A DNA stretch of 64,000 bases, from contig JBGUWS010000019.1 of assembly GCA_045221335.1 (NCBI GenBank), forward strand, positions 9,822 to 73,821, read 5' to 3'. Positions 48,929-58,274 of this stretch are shown here, in pieces. Below the pieces are notes generated by a model. It saw only the letters and a list, made by a program, of their open reading frames with translations. It searched no databases and had not been told where the DNA came from. The stretch comes from Alphaproteobacteria bacterium (GTDB lineage: Bacteria > Pseudomonadota > Alphaproteobacteria > RF32 > CAG-239). Made by a program: the position numbers and the translations under genes. How positions within the stretch are numbered: the stretch's first letter is position 1; each line of letters begins with the position of its first letter.

Positions 48929-49675
48929 ATGAGAAAAGTTGCAAAATTTTTATCTGTTTTATGCATTGGAAGTGCCTTTTTTATGTCTTCGGTGGTGCAG
49001 GCAGCAGAGAAAGCGCCAAAAGCGGATGAAACCCAGACAACAAAAGAGACAACACGTCCTGATGCTGTTATTTTCAAGGTTCACGATATTAACCCGGTTT
49101 CAGAAGACGGTGTCGTAACAGGTTGCGACTTTACTGTCACATTTTATAACAGAACGGCCATTAACTTCAGATCTTTTACTCTTGATATGCTGTGGAACGA
49201 TGTAGTTGATGAGCGTTTTAAGTTTGACAGATATATGGAGTCCTTCTTTAGTCCGGAAGATTTAGCTAAACAAAAAGAATTGCTCGGCGAAGATTCTGTT
49301 TCAAAGCCCCTTCAAACGGCAATTTCTGTTAACGCCTTTGGTACAGACAAGCAAGTATCGATTCGTTCTCATGTTAACAGTGAAAAGTGTTATCTCATGC
49401 TAACGGAAGCTTCTTATAAAATATCATCTTGTGATATTGTTCGCAACGTGGATTCAAAGAATAATATCGGCAATCAAGACTGCACAAAGCTATTCCAATT
49501 TGTTAACACATCAAATCCGGAATACTTCGGACAATTCAAGAAGCAGACAGCAACAGAGCTTGTTGAACAAGAAAAAGTTAAAGAAAACAGTGAGTTAGCA
49601 GATATTGATGCGATTATTGGTAAAATTGTAGAAAATTTAGGAACGTCAGATAAAACCCTCACAGATATTAACTAA
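48929..49675 (+). CDS. secreted hypothetical protein, paralogue A (4 conserved Cys)
   Basis: It has a signal peptide MRKVAKFLSVLCIGSAFFMSSVVQA. A GAGG RBS precedes this ATG; the ORF-track start at 48917 is upstream of it. Confidence 0.55.
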   Translation: MRKVAKFLSVLCIGSAFFMSSVVQAAEKAPKADETQTTKETTRPDAVIFKVHDINPVSEDGVVTGCDFTVTFYNRTAINFRSFTLDMLWNDVVDERFKFDRYMESFFSPEDLAKQKELLGEDSVSKPLQTAISVNAFGTDKQVSIRSHVNSEKCYLMLTEASYKISSCDIVRNVDSKNNIGNQDCTKLFQFVNTSNPEYFGQFKKQTATELVEQEKVKENSELADIDAIIGKIVENLGTSDKTLTDIN

Positions 49676-49688
49676 ATTGGAACAATGT

Positions 49689-50345
49689 ATGCGTGCATTT
49701 GAAAAAACAGTTTTAGCCTTCTTAATTCTCTTTGGATTTGCATACCCATGCGGTGCGCAATATCTTGAGGATGACGTAAAGGACAAACAAAAACCCGTCT
49801 ACATGGAAGATGAGACGGCAAAAAGCGAAGAACTGTTTAATGAGCTGTTTAGCGATTACTCTGAAACAGAAAGAGACATAACAAAAGTAAAGACTTTTGA
49901 CGATTCGCTAGATCAAGTTGTTGGTACTATAAAAACAACGAATCCGAATATAACAAAGCCCATACAAGAAGAACAGGAAAAAAACATACCAATAGATGGG
50001 GATTTGCAAATCGGGATAACAAGAAATAGCTTTGGCATTTTTAAGAATGCGTTGGGTGAGGTGGCCTGTTCGTTTAGCGTAACAATGAAATCCAATCTCA
50101 ACAAAAACATCAGAATAATAGGTTTATACCTGGTCTACCCACACAGAACATTTGCTTTTGCCTTTAAGGGAATTGACGCCGGGGGATCACAGGAACATAG
50201 AATTAAAACCTCGGGAAATATTTGTTATAATTTAACAGGCGTTCCGGATATAAATATCAGTAAATGTAAGATATTTGGGGCTTCCGGATCAGAGTGTGCG
50301 AAAAGAATGAAGTGGTCAGAAAGCATCGAAGCACCGGAAAAATAA
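49689..50345 (+). CDS. secreted hypothetical protein, paralogue B (4 conserved Cys)
   Basis: It has a signal peptide MRAFEKTVLAFLILFGFAYPCGA. It shares the CSFSVT...N.R and ICYNLT...ISKC blocks with paralogue A. The ORF-track start at 49677 is a TTG. Confidence 0.5.
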   Translation: MRAFEKTVLAFLILFGFAYPCGAQYLEDDVKDKQKPVYMEDETAKSEELFNELFSDYSETERDITKVKTFDDSLDQVVGTIKTTNPNITKPIQEEQEKNIPIDGDLQIGITRNSFGIFKNALGEVACSFSVTMKSNLNKNIRIIGLYLVYPHRTFAFAFKGIDAGGSQEHRIKTSGNICYNLTGVPDINISKCKIFGASGSECAKRMKWSESIEAPEK

Positions 50346-50386
50346 GAAGAAAACCATATATTTTTAATATCTTAATACGATTTGAA

Positions 50387-50415
50387 TTGCTTAAAATCCG
50401 ATTTTATGGTATAAT
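50387..50415 (+). promoter_or_regulatory. near-consensus sigma70 promoter upstream of a small GC-rich ORF
   Basis: TTGCTT (50387-50392), a 17-nt spacer, then TATAAT (50410-50415). Confidence 0.4.
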
Positions 50416-50467
50416 ATAATCAGAAAAATATAATTATGCACTGTATACAATTTAAATATCTTTCTGT

Positions 50468-50779
50468 ATGAATAAAAACAACATTTACTCAGTTATGTGG
50501 GCGATCATCCTTTCGGGTATCTGCACCCACTTTCTTAGAGTGTACCACGATAAGTTGCCATACGACGGACAAATTTTGGAGTTCATCCATTCCTATGGGC
50601 TGGATCCAAAAATTATAACGTTCATAGGCCTCGTTACCCTCTTTTTGTGCACTAGGCTGCACAAGTGGGTGGGTCTGAGGCTTGGAAGCATAGTTGGGAT
50701 AGCAGCTTTGCTGCTCCAACTAGTCGTGGTAGTGTTCCTGGGCTACGTCCTTACATGCTGGGTTTTTAGCCTGGTGTGA
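50468..50779 (+). CDS. small membrane protein (103 aa, 3 predicted TM helices) in a locally GC-rich islet
   Basis: The ORF has hydrophobic segments IYSVMWAIILSGICTHFL, IITFIGLVTLFLC and IVGIAALLLQLVVVVFLGYVL. A promoter and a terminator flank it. Local GC is clearly higher than the surroundings. Confidence 0.4.
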   Translation: MNKNNIYSVMWAIILSGICTHFLRVYHDKLPYDGQILEFIHSYGLDPKIITFIGLVTLFLCTRLHKWVGLRLGSIVGIAALLLQLVVVVFLGYVLTCWVFSLV

Positions 50780-50803
50780 GGTCTCTAGCCTATCCAAAAA
50801 AGA

Positions 50804-50841
50804 GAATCGTTTTCAACCCCCGTTGAAAACGATTCTTTTTT
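50804..50841 (+). terminator. strong rho-independent terminator with bidirectional potential
   Basis: Perfect 14-bp stem gaatcgttttcaac/gttgaaaacgattc with loop cccc, followed by TTTTTTGTTTT. An A-run lies on the 5' side. Confidence 0.8.
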
Positions 50842-50923
50842 GTTTTGATTAGTTGATTTTTTACATTTATGTGATAAAGCTAGCGTAACAATGTTTTGCT
50901 TTGATTTAAAATAGAGAGGAAAA

Positions 50924-51658
50924 ATGGATACACAAGTTGCAACAGAAACAATGAATCAGCTTTCTATGTGGAGTATGGTTTGGTCTTCAGATTTGATCAC
51001 CAAGGCTGTTATGGTCGGCTTACTTGCCGCATCTTTTTGGTCTTGGGCTATTATTGCTGAAAAATATTTTACATTAAAAAGGGTTAAAAAGCTTTCTAAA
51101 TTTTTTGAAGAGCGTTTTTGGTCCGGTGGTTCTTTGGATAAACTTTTTGATTCTATCGGTAATCCGCAAGATCCGATGTCTGCGATGTTTGTTGCCGCAA
51201 TGAAAGAATGGCGTCGCACAAATATTTTGAAATCTAAAACAGACAGAGGCTTAAGAGGGGTATCTCTTCAACAACGAATCGAAAAAGCAATGATGGTTTC
51301 TATGGATAAGGAATTGGATGAACTTGATAACCGTCTGGGATTTTTAGCCTCAACGGGTTCTGTTGCACCGTTGGTTGGTTTGTTTGGTACGGTTTGGGGT
51401 ATTATTGCTTGCTTTAATGCTATTGCACAAACACAAAGCAATTCTTTGACATCTATTGCCCCGGGTATTGCAGAGGCATTGTTTACCACCGCTTTTGGTT
51501 TGATTGCAGCAATCCCTGCTTATGTTGCTTATAATATCATTACTTCTGATATTGAACGCTATGCCAAAAAGCTGGATAATTTTATGGCAGAATTTTCAAG
51601 TATTTTATCTCGTGAGATTGATGATTCAACTATTCGCGCAGATATGGCCGGAGAATAA
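50924..51658 (+). CDS. tolQ: Tol-Pal system protein TolQ (MotA/TolQ/ExbB family)
   Basis: It has three TM helices and the conserved C-terminal TolQ/ExbB region (GLIAAIPAYVAYN). An AGAGAGGA RBS precedes it. Confidence 0.9.
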   Translation: MDTQVATETMNQLSMWSMVWSSDLITKAVMVGLLAASFWSWAIIAEKYFTLKRVKKLSKFFEERFWSGGSLDKLFDSIGNPQDPMSAMFVAAMKEWRRTNILKSKTDRGLRGVSLQQRIEKAMMVSMDKELDELDNRLGFLASTGSVAPLVGLFGTVWGIIACFNAIAQTQSNSLTSIAPGIAEALFTTAFGLIAAIPAYVAYNIITSDIERYAKKLDNFMAEFSSILSREIDDSTIRADMAGE

Positions 51659-51660
51659 AT

Positions 51661-52086
51661 ATGATTGTTAACGGAAGAAGCCAAAGAAGAACTAGCCGCC
51701 GAAATGCTAATATTAATATGACCAACCTAATGGATGTCATGATGGTTTTGTTGGTGGTCTTTATGGTTACCGCGCCTTTGATGACTTCCGGTATTCCACT
51801 TGATTTACCAAAAGTCGGTGGGGGAACATTAGACGGTAAGGAAACATCCATAAACATCAGTGTTGATAAAAGCGGGAAATATTACATAGGCCAAAGCGTT
51901 ATAGAGCCGGATACAATAATAGATAAGATTATGGCCATAAAAGGCGAAAACAATGATGTTACAATCACAATATCAGGAGATGCAGCATCAGCCTACGGTA
52001 GTGTTATTGGTCTTATGGCAATGCTTAAAGACGCCGGATTTAGTAAGGTTGGCCTAAAAACAGAGGCGCGTAAAAAACAAAGATAG
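51661..52086 (+). CDS. tolR: Tol-Pal system protein TolR (ExbD family)
   Basis: It has an N-terminal TM with the conserved Asp (NLMDVMMVLLVVFMV) and a periplasmic ExbD domain. It is 2 nt after tolQ. Confidence 0.9.
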   Translation: MIVNGRSQRRTSRRNANINMTNLMDVMMVLLVVFMVTAPLMTSGIPLDLPKVGGGTLDGKETSINISVDKSGKYYIGQSVIEPDTIIDKIMAIKGENNDVTITISGDAASAYGSVIGLMAMLKDAGFSKVGLKTEARKKQR

Positions 52087-52097
52087 AAGGACTACTG

Positions 52098-53120
52098 ATG
52101 GAAAGAAAGTATCTATATCAATCAGCAGCTTTGCACATAGCCGTTTTTTTGCTATGTATTTTTGATATACCTTATTTTCGTAGTAAGCATGAATTTGATG
52201 ACCAACCACCAATATTGGTAAATTTAGATGATGTTGTTATATCTGATGTAACAAATCTTCCGGAAAAAGCTATCCGCGGAGAGGAAAGAAAAGCGGCAAC
52301 ACGAAAAGAAAAACCTGTAGAAGAAAGCGCGGCAACAAAGCAACCAGAACCGGAGCCGGAACCTGAACCCGTAAAAGAAGAACCTGTGCCGGAACCCGTT
52401 GTTGAACAACCGGAAATAAAGGCTCCGACATTGCTTGAAGACACGCCTAAAATGGAAGAATCTAAAGAAGAGCCACGTAAAGAAGAGGATAAAAAACCGG
52501 TTGAAAAGAAGAAACCTGCGCCGATTCCACAGAAAAAGCCTCAGGTTAAACCACAAAAGAAACAAGAGCCAGAGCCAGAGAAGAAAACAAAGCCGACAGA
52601 GAAGACAACTCAGCCAACAACGAAGAATGTTAAACAAAAAACAGCGAATCCTTTGGAAAGTCTTATGAATTCCGTAGATGACCTACAAAAGCAAATCGGT
52701 GAAGAAGACGCACCGGCACAAGTTCGCTATGATGATCAAGTAAGCAATATGGGCATAGAGGGTGGAAACAGCAAAGGCTCATACTTTAGTGAGTTATCCG
52801 TCTCAGGAATAGACTTTGTTAAATCAAAAATTCAAGAAAGCTGGAAAACAGTCACCGGCGGTGATGACAGAAACATGGAAGTGGTTGTTGATGTAAAACT
52901 CACCAAAGAGGGAGTTATACAGTCAGTAGATATTGAGGATAAAAAACGCTATTTAACGGATAATCGGTTCAAGGCAATAGCAGACAGTGCAGAGCGTGCT
53001 ATTCATATTGCACAAGATGTTCATAATGTATTTAAAGTTTTAGCAAGACAAAACGGTTCCCGCTACGATGAATGGAAAGAAATACGCTTTACCTTTACAC
53101 CATTAGGCTTAGCAAGATAA
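52098..53120 (+). CDS. tolA: TolA-like protein (TM anchor, Pro/Glu/Lys-rich linker, TonB/TolA C-terminal domain)
   Basis: It has an N-terminal TM, (PE)n and KKP repeats, and a C-terminal domain. It sits downstream of tolQR. Confidence 0.75.
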   Translation: MERKYLYQSAALHIAVFLLCIFDIPYFRSKHEFDDQPPILVNLDDVVISDVTNLPEKAIRGEERKAATRKEKPVEESAATKQPEPEPEPEPVKEEPVPEPVVEQPEIKAPTLLEDTPKMEESKEEPRKEEDKKPVEKKKPAPIPQKKPQVKPQKKQEPEPEKKTKPTEKTTQPTTKNVKQKTANPLESLMNSVDDLQKQIGEEDAPAQVRYDDQVSNMGIEGGNSKGSYFSELSVSGIDFVKSKIQESWKTVTGGDDRNMEVVVDVKLTKEGVIQSVDIEDKKRYLTDNRFKAIADSAERAIHIAQDVHNVFKVLARQNGSRYDEWKEIRFTFTPLGLAR

Positions 53121-53133
53121 TTTAATGATTTTT

Positions 53134-54075
53134 TTAAGATCGAGGCGCCCTTTTTATTTCACAAACTCCATCAATTTCATGATCAAGACGATTCTCTTTA
53201 ATACCAAAAGGATCTTGATGGATGATGACTTGGCTGTTTGGATAGGATTTAAGTATTTTTTGTTCAACATTATCTGCTATTTTATGTGCTTCATAGAGGG
53301 AGATATTGCCATCTATTTCTAAATGCATTTCAAAGTAATATACATCTCCCAAATTTCGGGATCTAAAATCGTGCACACCCAAAATATCCTTTTCCTCCTT
53401 GATAATATGTCGGATATTGTTCTTTATTTCTTCTGGCAACTCCTTATCAGTAATCAAATCGACAGCCTCTCTAGCTAACATGTAAGCATTATAAAGAAGA
53501 TAGATGGAGATAAAAATCGCCGCAATAATATCAAAAAACATAAAATCAAAAAGTTTTACTAAAACAAGAGATATAACAACAGCGCCATTTGTTAAAAAAT
53601 CAACAGTATAATGTGCTCTATCGGCCTTTATTGCCAAAGAATTCGTTTTTCGTGCAACATAGGTTTGAAATAAAACTAAGGCAAGCGTTACAAAAATGCT
53701 AAACAGCATAATACCGATGCCAAAACCGGTTTCTGTAACAATAACAGGATGGATAAGGCGATTTATGCCGTCAAAGATAACAAACAAGCCAGATACACCG
53801 ACAAAAACAGCCTGTAAAAGCGCGCTTAGGGCTTCTGTTTTTCCATATCCATATCGGTGATTATAAGAAGCAGGCTTGGTGGAAAAATACACCGCGATAA
53901 AGGATACGATAGAAGCAAACAAATCTGTAGCGCTATCAATAAAGGAAGAAAAGACAGCCAAAGAATCTGTCTTCAAAAAAGCAAAAACTTTTATAAGAGC
54001 TAAGAAAACAGCAACAGAGATACTAAGAATGGCGGCGCATTTTTTTAACCGGTTATCGTGATTTGATAGAGTCAT
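53134..54075 (-). CDS. cation diffusion facilitator (CDF) family metal efflux transporter
   Basis: It has six TM helices with metal-site motifs (FIDSATD, HYTVDF) and a C-terminal cytoplasmic domain. Confidence 0.85.
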   Translation of the reverse strand: MTLSNHDNRLKKCAAILSISVAVFLALIKVFAFLKTDSLAVFSSFIDSATDLFASIVSFIAVYFSTKPASYNHRYGYGKTEALSALLQAVFVGVSGLFVIFDGINRLIHPVIVTETGFGIGIMLFSIFVTLALVLFQTYVARKTNSLAIKADRAHYTVDFLTNGAVVISLVLVKLFDFMFFDIIAAIFISIYLLYNAYMLAREAVDLITDKELPEEIKNNIRHIIKEEKDILGVHDFRSRNLGDVYYFEMHLEIDGNISLYEAHKIADNVEQKILKSYPNSQVIIHQDPFGIKENRLDHEIDGVCEIKRAPRS

Positions 54076-57000
54076 CTTTTATTAACTCCCAGGATTGAGG
54101 AGAAATTTCCAAAAATTTATTTTCAACAAAACGAGCAAAAAATTCCAAATGTTTACCTTTCGGAGGAGCAACAAAATCATATTGAACATAATACTTTCCT
54201 TGATCTGTTTTATAAAAAACAAGGTTTATGAAATTATTATTTTCAATATCAAGTTTAATTTCTGCAAAACGCGTTGCTTCAATACTATCAACAACATCTT
54301 CAAGATAAATATTAAGAAGATTTTTAGCAAGATTTATAATCTTTTTTTCATCATACACACCATTATAGCTAGCAAATCTGCCAAAGCGAAGATTCCATAA
54401 GGTGCTATACGTCCAAGCCTCTTTCTCAATAGATAAATCGTAGAAATCAACCTCCGCTAGCCATATTTGAAATTGGTTTTTTAAACGGATGTAGGCCGCC
54501 CTTCCTCCTCTACCAATATCTATATCATACCACCCCACATCAAACTCTTCTAAGGGATTATCTTGATCATCAAGTAGGGAAATAGAAAGTGTGGGTGAAT
54601 TTTTATCAGAAGAAAATCCAAAATAATGCATATCTTTTGTTTTATCGGATTTTTTCTCAAAAAAAGTCATATTATTTAATGACATAAGAAGACTACGTAT
54701 TCTTTCCTGATAAACAGGAAGCGCAGCAAAATCATCCAAATACCATACTCCGTTTATTCTGGAGAAATTCAAGGATTTTGTTCCTTTTTTGAGGTGAATC
54801 TTGCTTATTTTATTAATTTTATTTGAAAAATCCTTGAAAACAGGCGCATCTTCATATTTTGATATATTGCTTTTGTTGTCTAACACAACAGTTAATATCG
54901 CCAAAGCAGTAATTAATGCCACATAAAGAAATATCTTTGATGTATTGCTATTCCAAACTAGCGTGTTTTTCAAAAGGGATAAAAACTTGCTTCGACTTAA
55001 TTGAGCAAACATGAGAAGAAAAAGAACTAACAGCGGAATAAAGTAAATATCAAAAAATTTAACCTTTATCTCTATAAGCTCCAAATTTTGATTTGCTTTT
55101 ATGCGTAAATCACTAAGTTGTTGTCTTAAAGCAGAAATTTCTTGGCGAATTTTTCCTATGATGGCCATTTCATCAGGGGTAAAGTTCTTTCTGTTTTCAA
55201 AATCCTTTTTAGTGGAAATTTCTATTAATCGCTGGCGGGTGCCGTCTATAGCCTGAAAAATATCACTTTCCTTTAATTTATACCGATAAATGTTCTTTTT
55301 ACGCATATCCTCTATTTTATACAAAGGTCGGCTTTTTGCACTTTTTCCGCGTAAACTAATTAAATCATCATTTTCAGATAGATAATCTAAGGCATTAAGA
55401 ACAAAATTTGCATTATCAAAGAACGGAACATAATAAACAGAATCTAAAAAACGACGTTGCTTACTCCAAAAAGAATCATAAATAAAATCAGTGTCTGCAA
55501 CAGCAATAATATCAAATGGCTTCAACGGGTCATGGCTTAAGATTTCAGCAGCTATATATATAGGGTTATTTTGGGGCTTAAACTGAGCCAAAATATCTTT
55601 TGGTGCAGAGCTTTTTGTAGCAAATTCTGAAGTCATGAGAGCAGATACATCACTTGTTTTTACCAAAGGAAAGAAAGAAATACTCCAGACATCAGTTGGT
55701 AAAATTGTAGAAGCCGAAGAAAATAAAATGTTACTTAACTTATATGTAATCCTATGATTTTGAATCAAACCATTTTCAGAAATTTTAAACTGCAACAAAT
55801 CCTGTGTAAAAGAAGGATTCGTTTTATAATTTATAGTCTCATCAACGGTAATAGAATTGTTAAAGTCTGCAGCAACCCCTTCGCTATAAAATTTGATGTG
55901 CCAATAATTTGATAAATCATCTGGCAAATCGGAAGGAATAAAGGCACCGTTTTCAGGAGAATAAATTCTTGAAGCATCATCAGCCACATCTAAAAGCAAA
56001 AGGATCTTTTGTTGTTGTTTTATTCTTTGAACATAATCTTCACTAAGATTATGTGGATGAATTAATACAAAAACATCAAATATCTGATCAATATCTTCTG
56101 GTTTTTTTATCTCTTTGATATTATACAATTCATTGATTTTATTAATAATTTCCCAGCGCTGAATAAATACTTCGTCTTTTCTGACACCACCCATTACCGG
56201 CAAAGAGCTAAGCAGACCTAACGTTTTCTTTTTATGTTGTAACTTATAAATACCAGTGGTGAGGTCCTGTTCAATAAAAGGAGCTCTTTCAATTGGGAAA
56301 AATGGGATAACTGACTTATTTGTCAGCGCATCCGAGAAAACAATACCAAAAAGAGCGTTTTGATTAATATCAACTAGGGGAATTGGTTGCAAACCATCTG
56401 CCAAAGCCCGATCTTCCATCTTATCTAAAAACTGAGGGTAATATATTTGGTAATCAAAATTACCATGACTATAAAGTTTGTATTGTTTTAACAGCAATTT
56501 TATTTGATCAAAGTAAAAACGTACTTTAGGATTTCTCTGTCCTAGTATCGGAGAATAATAAAATCTAGCAATAACAGGTCTCTCAAGTTGACGGAGAATG
56601 TTTTTTGTATTTTTGGTCAGGCTTAGATATTTTTCTTCAGTAAAATCATAATTAATTTGTCGAAATACATTATTTGCGATAACATTTAATCCCAAAAAGC
56701 CAACAAACAATAAAATGAGAGCAAAAACATTAAATTTAGAAGAAGATGACACAAAAGTAGAAACACCTCTTGTTTTTAAATTAATAAAGGCCATGGTCAA
56801 TAAATTAAAGAAAACAATAAGAGAAACAAAGAATACCAAATCTCGCAACTCAACAAGTCCGTGGCAAAAAGAAGAAAAATGTGTTAAAAAGCTAAAAGAG
56901 ATAATAGTATCTACAACAATAGGACTAAAAAGTTTACTTGCCCAAAAAAGCACATATTCAAAACCGCTCCAAAAAAACAAAAGATTAACAAAAACAGCCG

Positions 57001-57496
57001 ATACCAAAGAAATAATGGAGTTTTGGGTTAAAGAAGACATTGTTTGCGAAATAGCAAGCATTGCTCCGGATAAAACAAAACAACTTAAATAACCAATAAA
57101 AATAACCATATTATCAGGATTGCCATATAAATTAGCAGTAATCCAAAAAGGAAAAGTTAATGAAATTGCAATGATAATGAATATCCAGGAGGCAAAGAAT
57201 TTTCCTAAAACCAAAGTCCTTAAATCAACAGGAGCAGTAAGAAGCTGAATAATGCTTTTTGACCGAAATTCCTCCGACCAAGAACGCATGGATATACAGG
57301 GAACAAACAATAAATATATCCAAGGTTGATAATTAAACAAACTCCATAAATCTGCCTGTCCATTAACAAAAAAATGCCCAAAATAAATAGCACAAGAGCC
57401 GCTTAAAAATAAAAAGCTTATAAGATAAACATAAGCCAAAGGAGATAAAAAATACCTCATTAATTCAAATTTAATAATAGTTCTTAAATTATTCAT
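54053..57496 (-). CDS. ABC-2 family permease (GldF-like) fused to a GldG-like extracytoplasmic domain and a C-terminal DUF4340-like region
   Basis: The N-terminal roughly 260 aa have ABC-2 permease topology, then a large soluble domain resembling the GldG auxiliary component, a TM, and a C-terminal domain. It overlaps the upstream ATPase by 8 nt. Confidence 0.65.
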   Translation of the reverse strand: MNNLRTIIKFELMRYFLSPLAYVYLISFLFLSGSCAIYFGHFFVNGQADLWSLFNYQPWIYLLFVPCISMRSWSEEFRSKSIIQLLTAPVDLRTLVLGKFFASWIFIIIAISLTFPFWITANLYGNPDNMVIFIGYLSCFVLSGAMLAISQTMSSLTQNSIISLVSAVFVNLLFFWSGFEYVLFWASKLFSPIVVDTIISFSFLTHFSSFCHGLVELRDLVFFVSLIVFFNLLTMAFINLKTRGVSTFVSSSSKFNVFALILLFVGFLGLNVIANNVFRQINYDFTEEKYLSLTKNTKNILRQLERPVIARFYYSPILGQRNPKVRFYFDQIKLLLKQYKLYSHGNFDYQIYYPQFLDKMEDRALADGLQPIPLVDINQNALFGIVFSDALTNKSVIPFFPIERAPFIEQDLTTGIYKLQHKKKTLGLLSSLPVMGGVRKDEVFIQRWEIINKINELYNIKEIKKPEDIDQIFDVFVLIHPHNLSEDYVQRIKQQQKILLLLDVADDASRIYSPENGAFIPSDLPDDLSNYWHIKFYSEGVAADFNNSITVDETINYKTNPSFTQDLLQFKISENGLIQNHRITYKLSNILFSSASTILPTDVWSISFFPLVKTSDVSALMTSEFATKSSAPKDILAQFKPQNNPIYIAAEILSHDPLKPFDIIAVADTDFIYDSFWSKQRRFLDSVYYVPFFDNANFVLNALDYLSENDDLISLRGKSAKSRPLYKIEDMRKKNIYRYKLKESDIFQAIDGTRQRLIEISTKKDFENRKNFTPDEMAIIGKIRQEISALRQQLSDLRIKANQNLELIEIKVKFFDIYFIPLLVLFLLMFAQLSRSKFLSLLKNTLVWNSNTSKIFLYVALITALAILTVVLDNKSNISKYEDAPVFKDFSNKINKISKIHLKKGTKSLNFSRINGVWYLDDFAALPVYQERIRSLLMSLNNMTFFEKKSDKTKDMHYFGFSSDKNSPTLSISLLDDQDNPLEEFDVGWYDIDIGRGGRAAYIRLKNQFQIWLAEVDFYDLSIEKEAWTYSTLWNLRFGRFASYNGVYDEKKIINLAKNLLNIYLEDVVDSIEATRFAEIKLDIENNNFINLVFYKTDQGKYYVQYDFVAPPKGKHLEFFARFVENKFLEISPQSWELIKDDSIKSR

Positions 57497-58274
57497 GAGA
57501 TTCTCCTCCGTTTGTTAAAAAAGCAAAAGCTTCTTTAAGAGATTTTTTTCCCGCAAAAGCAAGAATTTCTTTGAGTGTTCCATAAATAATAATTTTTCCT
57601 TTATTAATCAAAACGATTCTTGAAGCTAATGTTTCTGCTTCTTCAAGTAAGTGAGTAGAGATAAGAATGGTTTTATCGCTGCTCATATTTTTAATCAGTT
57701 CACGCATATGTGTCTTTTGATTGGGATCCAACCCATCAGTGGGCTCGTCCAATAATAAAATAGGAGGATCACCAATAAGACTCGCTGCAAAGCCAACTCT
57801 TCTGGTGTATCCTTTTGAAAGTGTTTCAATTTTTTGGTACAGAACATCTTGAATTTTTGCTATTTGTACAATACGCTCAAGCTCTTTCATGTATAGAGCC
57901 TTTAATTCATTTTTGGATAAGCATCCCTCAGGTATTAATTTGAGTTCTATGAAATATTTAAGAAATAAATAAACACTCATATCTTCATACATAGGGGCAC
58001 CCTCAGGAAGAAATCCGATATTTCGTTTAGCTTCAAGATTTTCATATTCCATATCTTTTTTGTTAACAAAAATATTGCCCTGGGTTGGATTTAAATAGCC
58101 AGCAATCATATTCATCAAAGTTGACTTTCCCGCTCCGTTTGGACCCAAAATTGCTATAATTTCCCCGATATTTGTTTGGAAAGAAACATTATCAACAGCT
58201 GTGATAGAATCAAAATTCTTGGAGACATTCTGTACATCTAAAGTTAAAAAAACATCTTCTTTTTTACGTTTCAT
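57489..58274 (-). CDS. ABC transporter ATP-binding protein (ABC-2/GldA-like)
   Basis: It has Walker A (GPNGAGKST), the signature LSKGYTRR and Walker B (LLLDEPTDGLD). The start is placed at MKRKKEDVF after a GGAGGAG RBS. Confidence 0.85.
   Translation of the reverse strand: MKRKKEDVFLTLDVQNVSKNFDSITAVDNVSFQTNIGEIIAILGPNGAGKSTLMNMIAGYLNPTQGNIFVNKKDMEYENLEAKRNIGFLPEGAPMYEDMSVYLFLKYFIELKLIPEGCLSKNELKALYMKELERIVQIAKIQDVLYQKIETLSKGYTRRVGFAASLIGDPPILLLDEPTDGLDPNQKTHMRELIKNMSSDKTILISTHLLEEAETLASRIVLINKGKIIIYGTLKEILAFAGKKSLKEAFAFLTNGGESHE

Noticed and set aside
50468-50790. Possibility that the GC-rich islet is tmRNA, SRP RNA or 6S RNA rather than a protein gene
   Set aside because: I could not find the tag-peptide reading frame or tRNA-like end of tmRNA, the SRP domain IV motif, or the 6S bulge architecture. 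An ORF with three hydrophobic helices and a start placed correctly after the promoter is the simpler reading. A novel RNA is not excluded; see the GC-rich islet finding.
52172-52668. Three overlapping ORFs (two minus-strand 90-aa and 137-aa, one plus-strand 77-aa) inside tolA
   Set aside because: They are artefacts of the low-complexity Pro/Glu/Lys-rich tolA linker, where reverse-frame codons lack stops. They are Arg/Phe/Leu-rich nonsense peptides.
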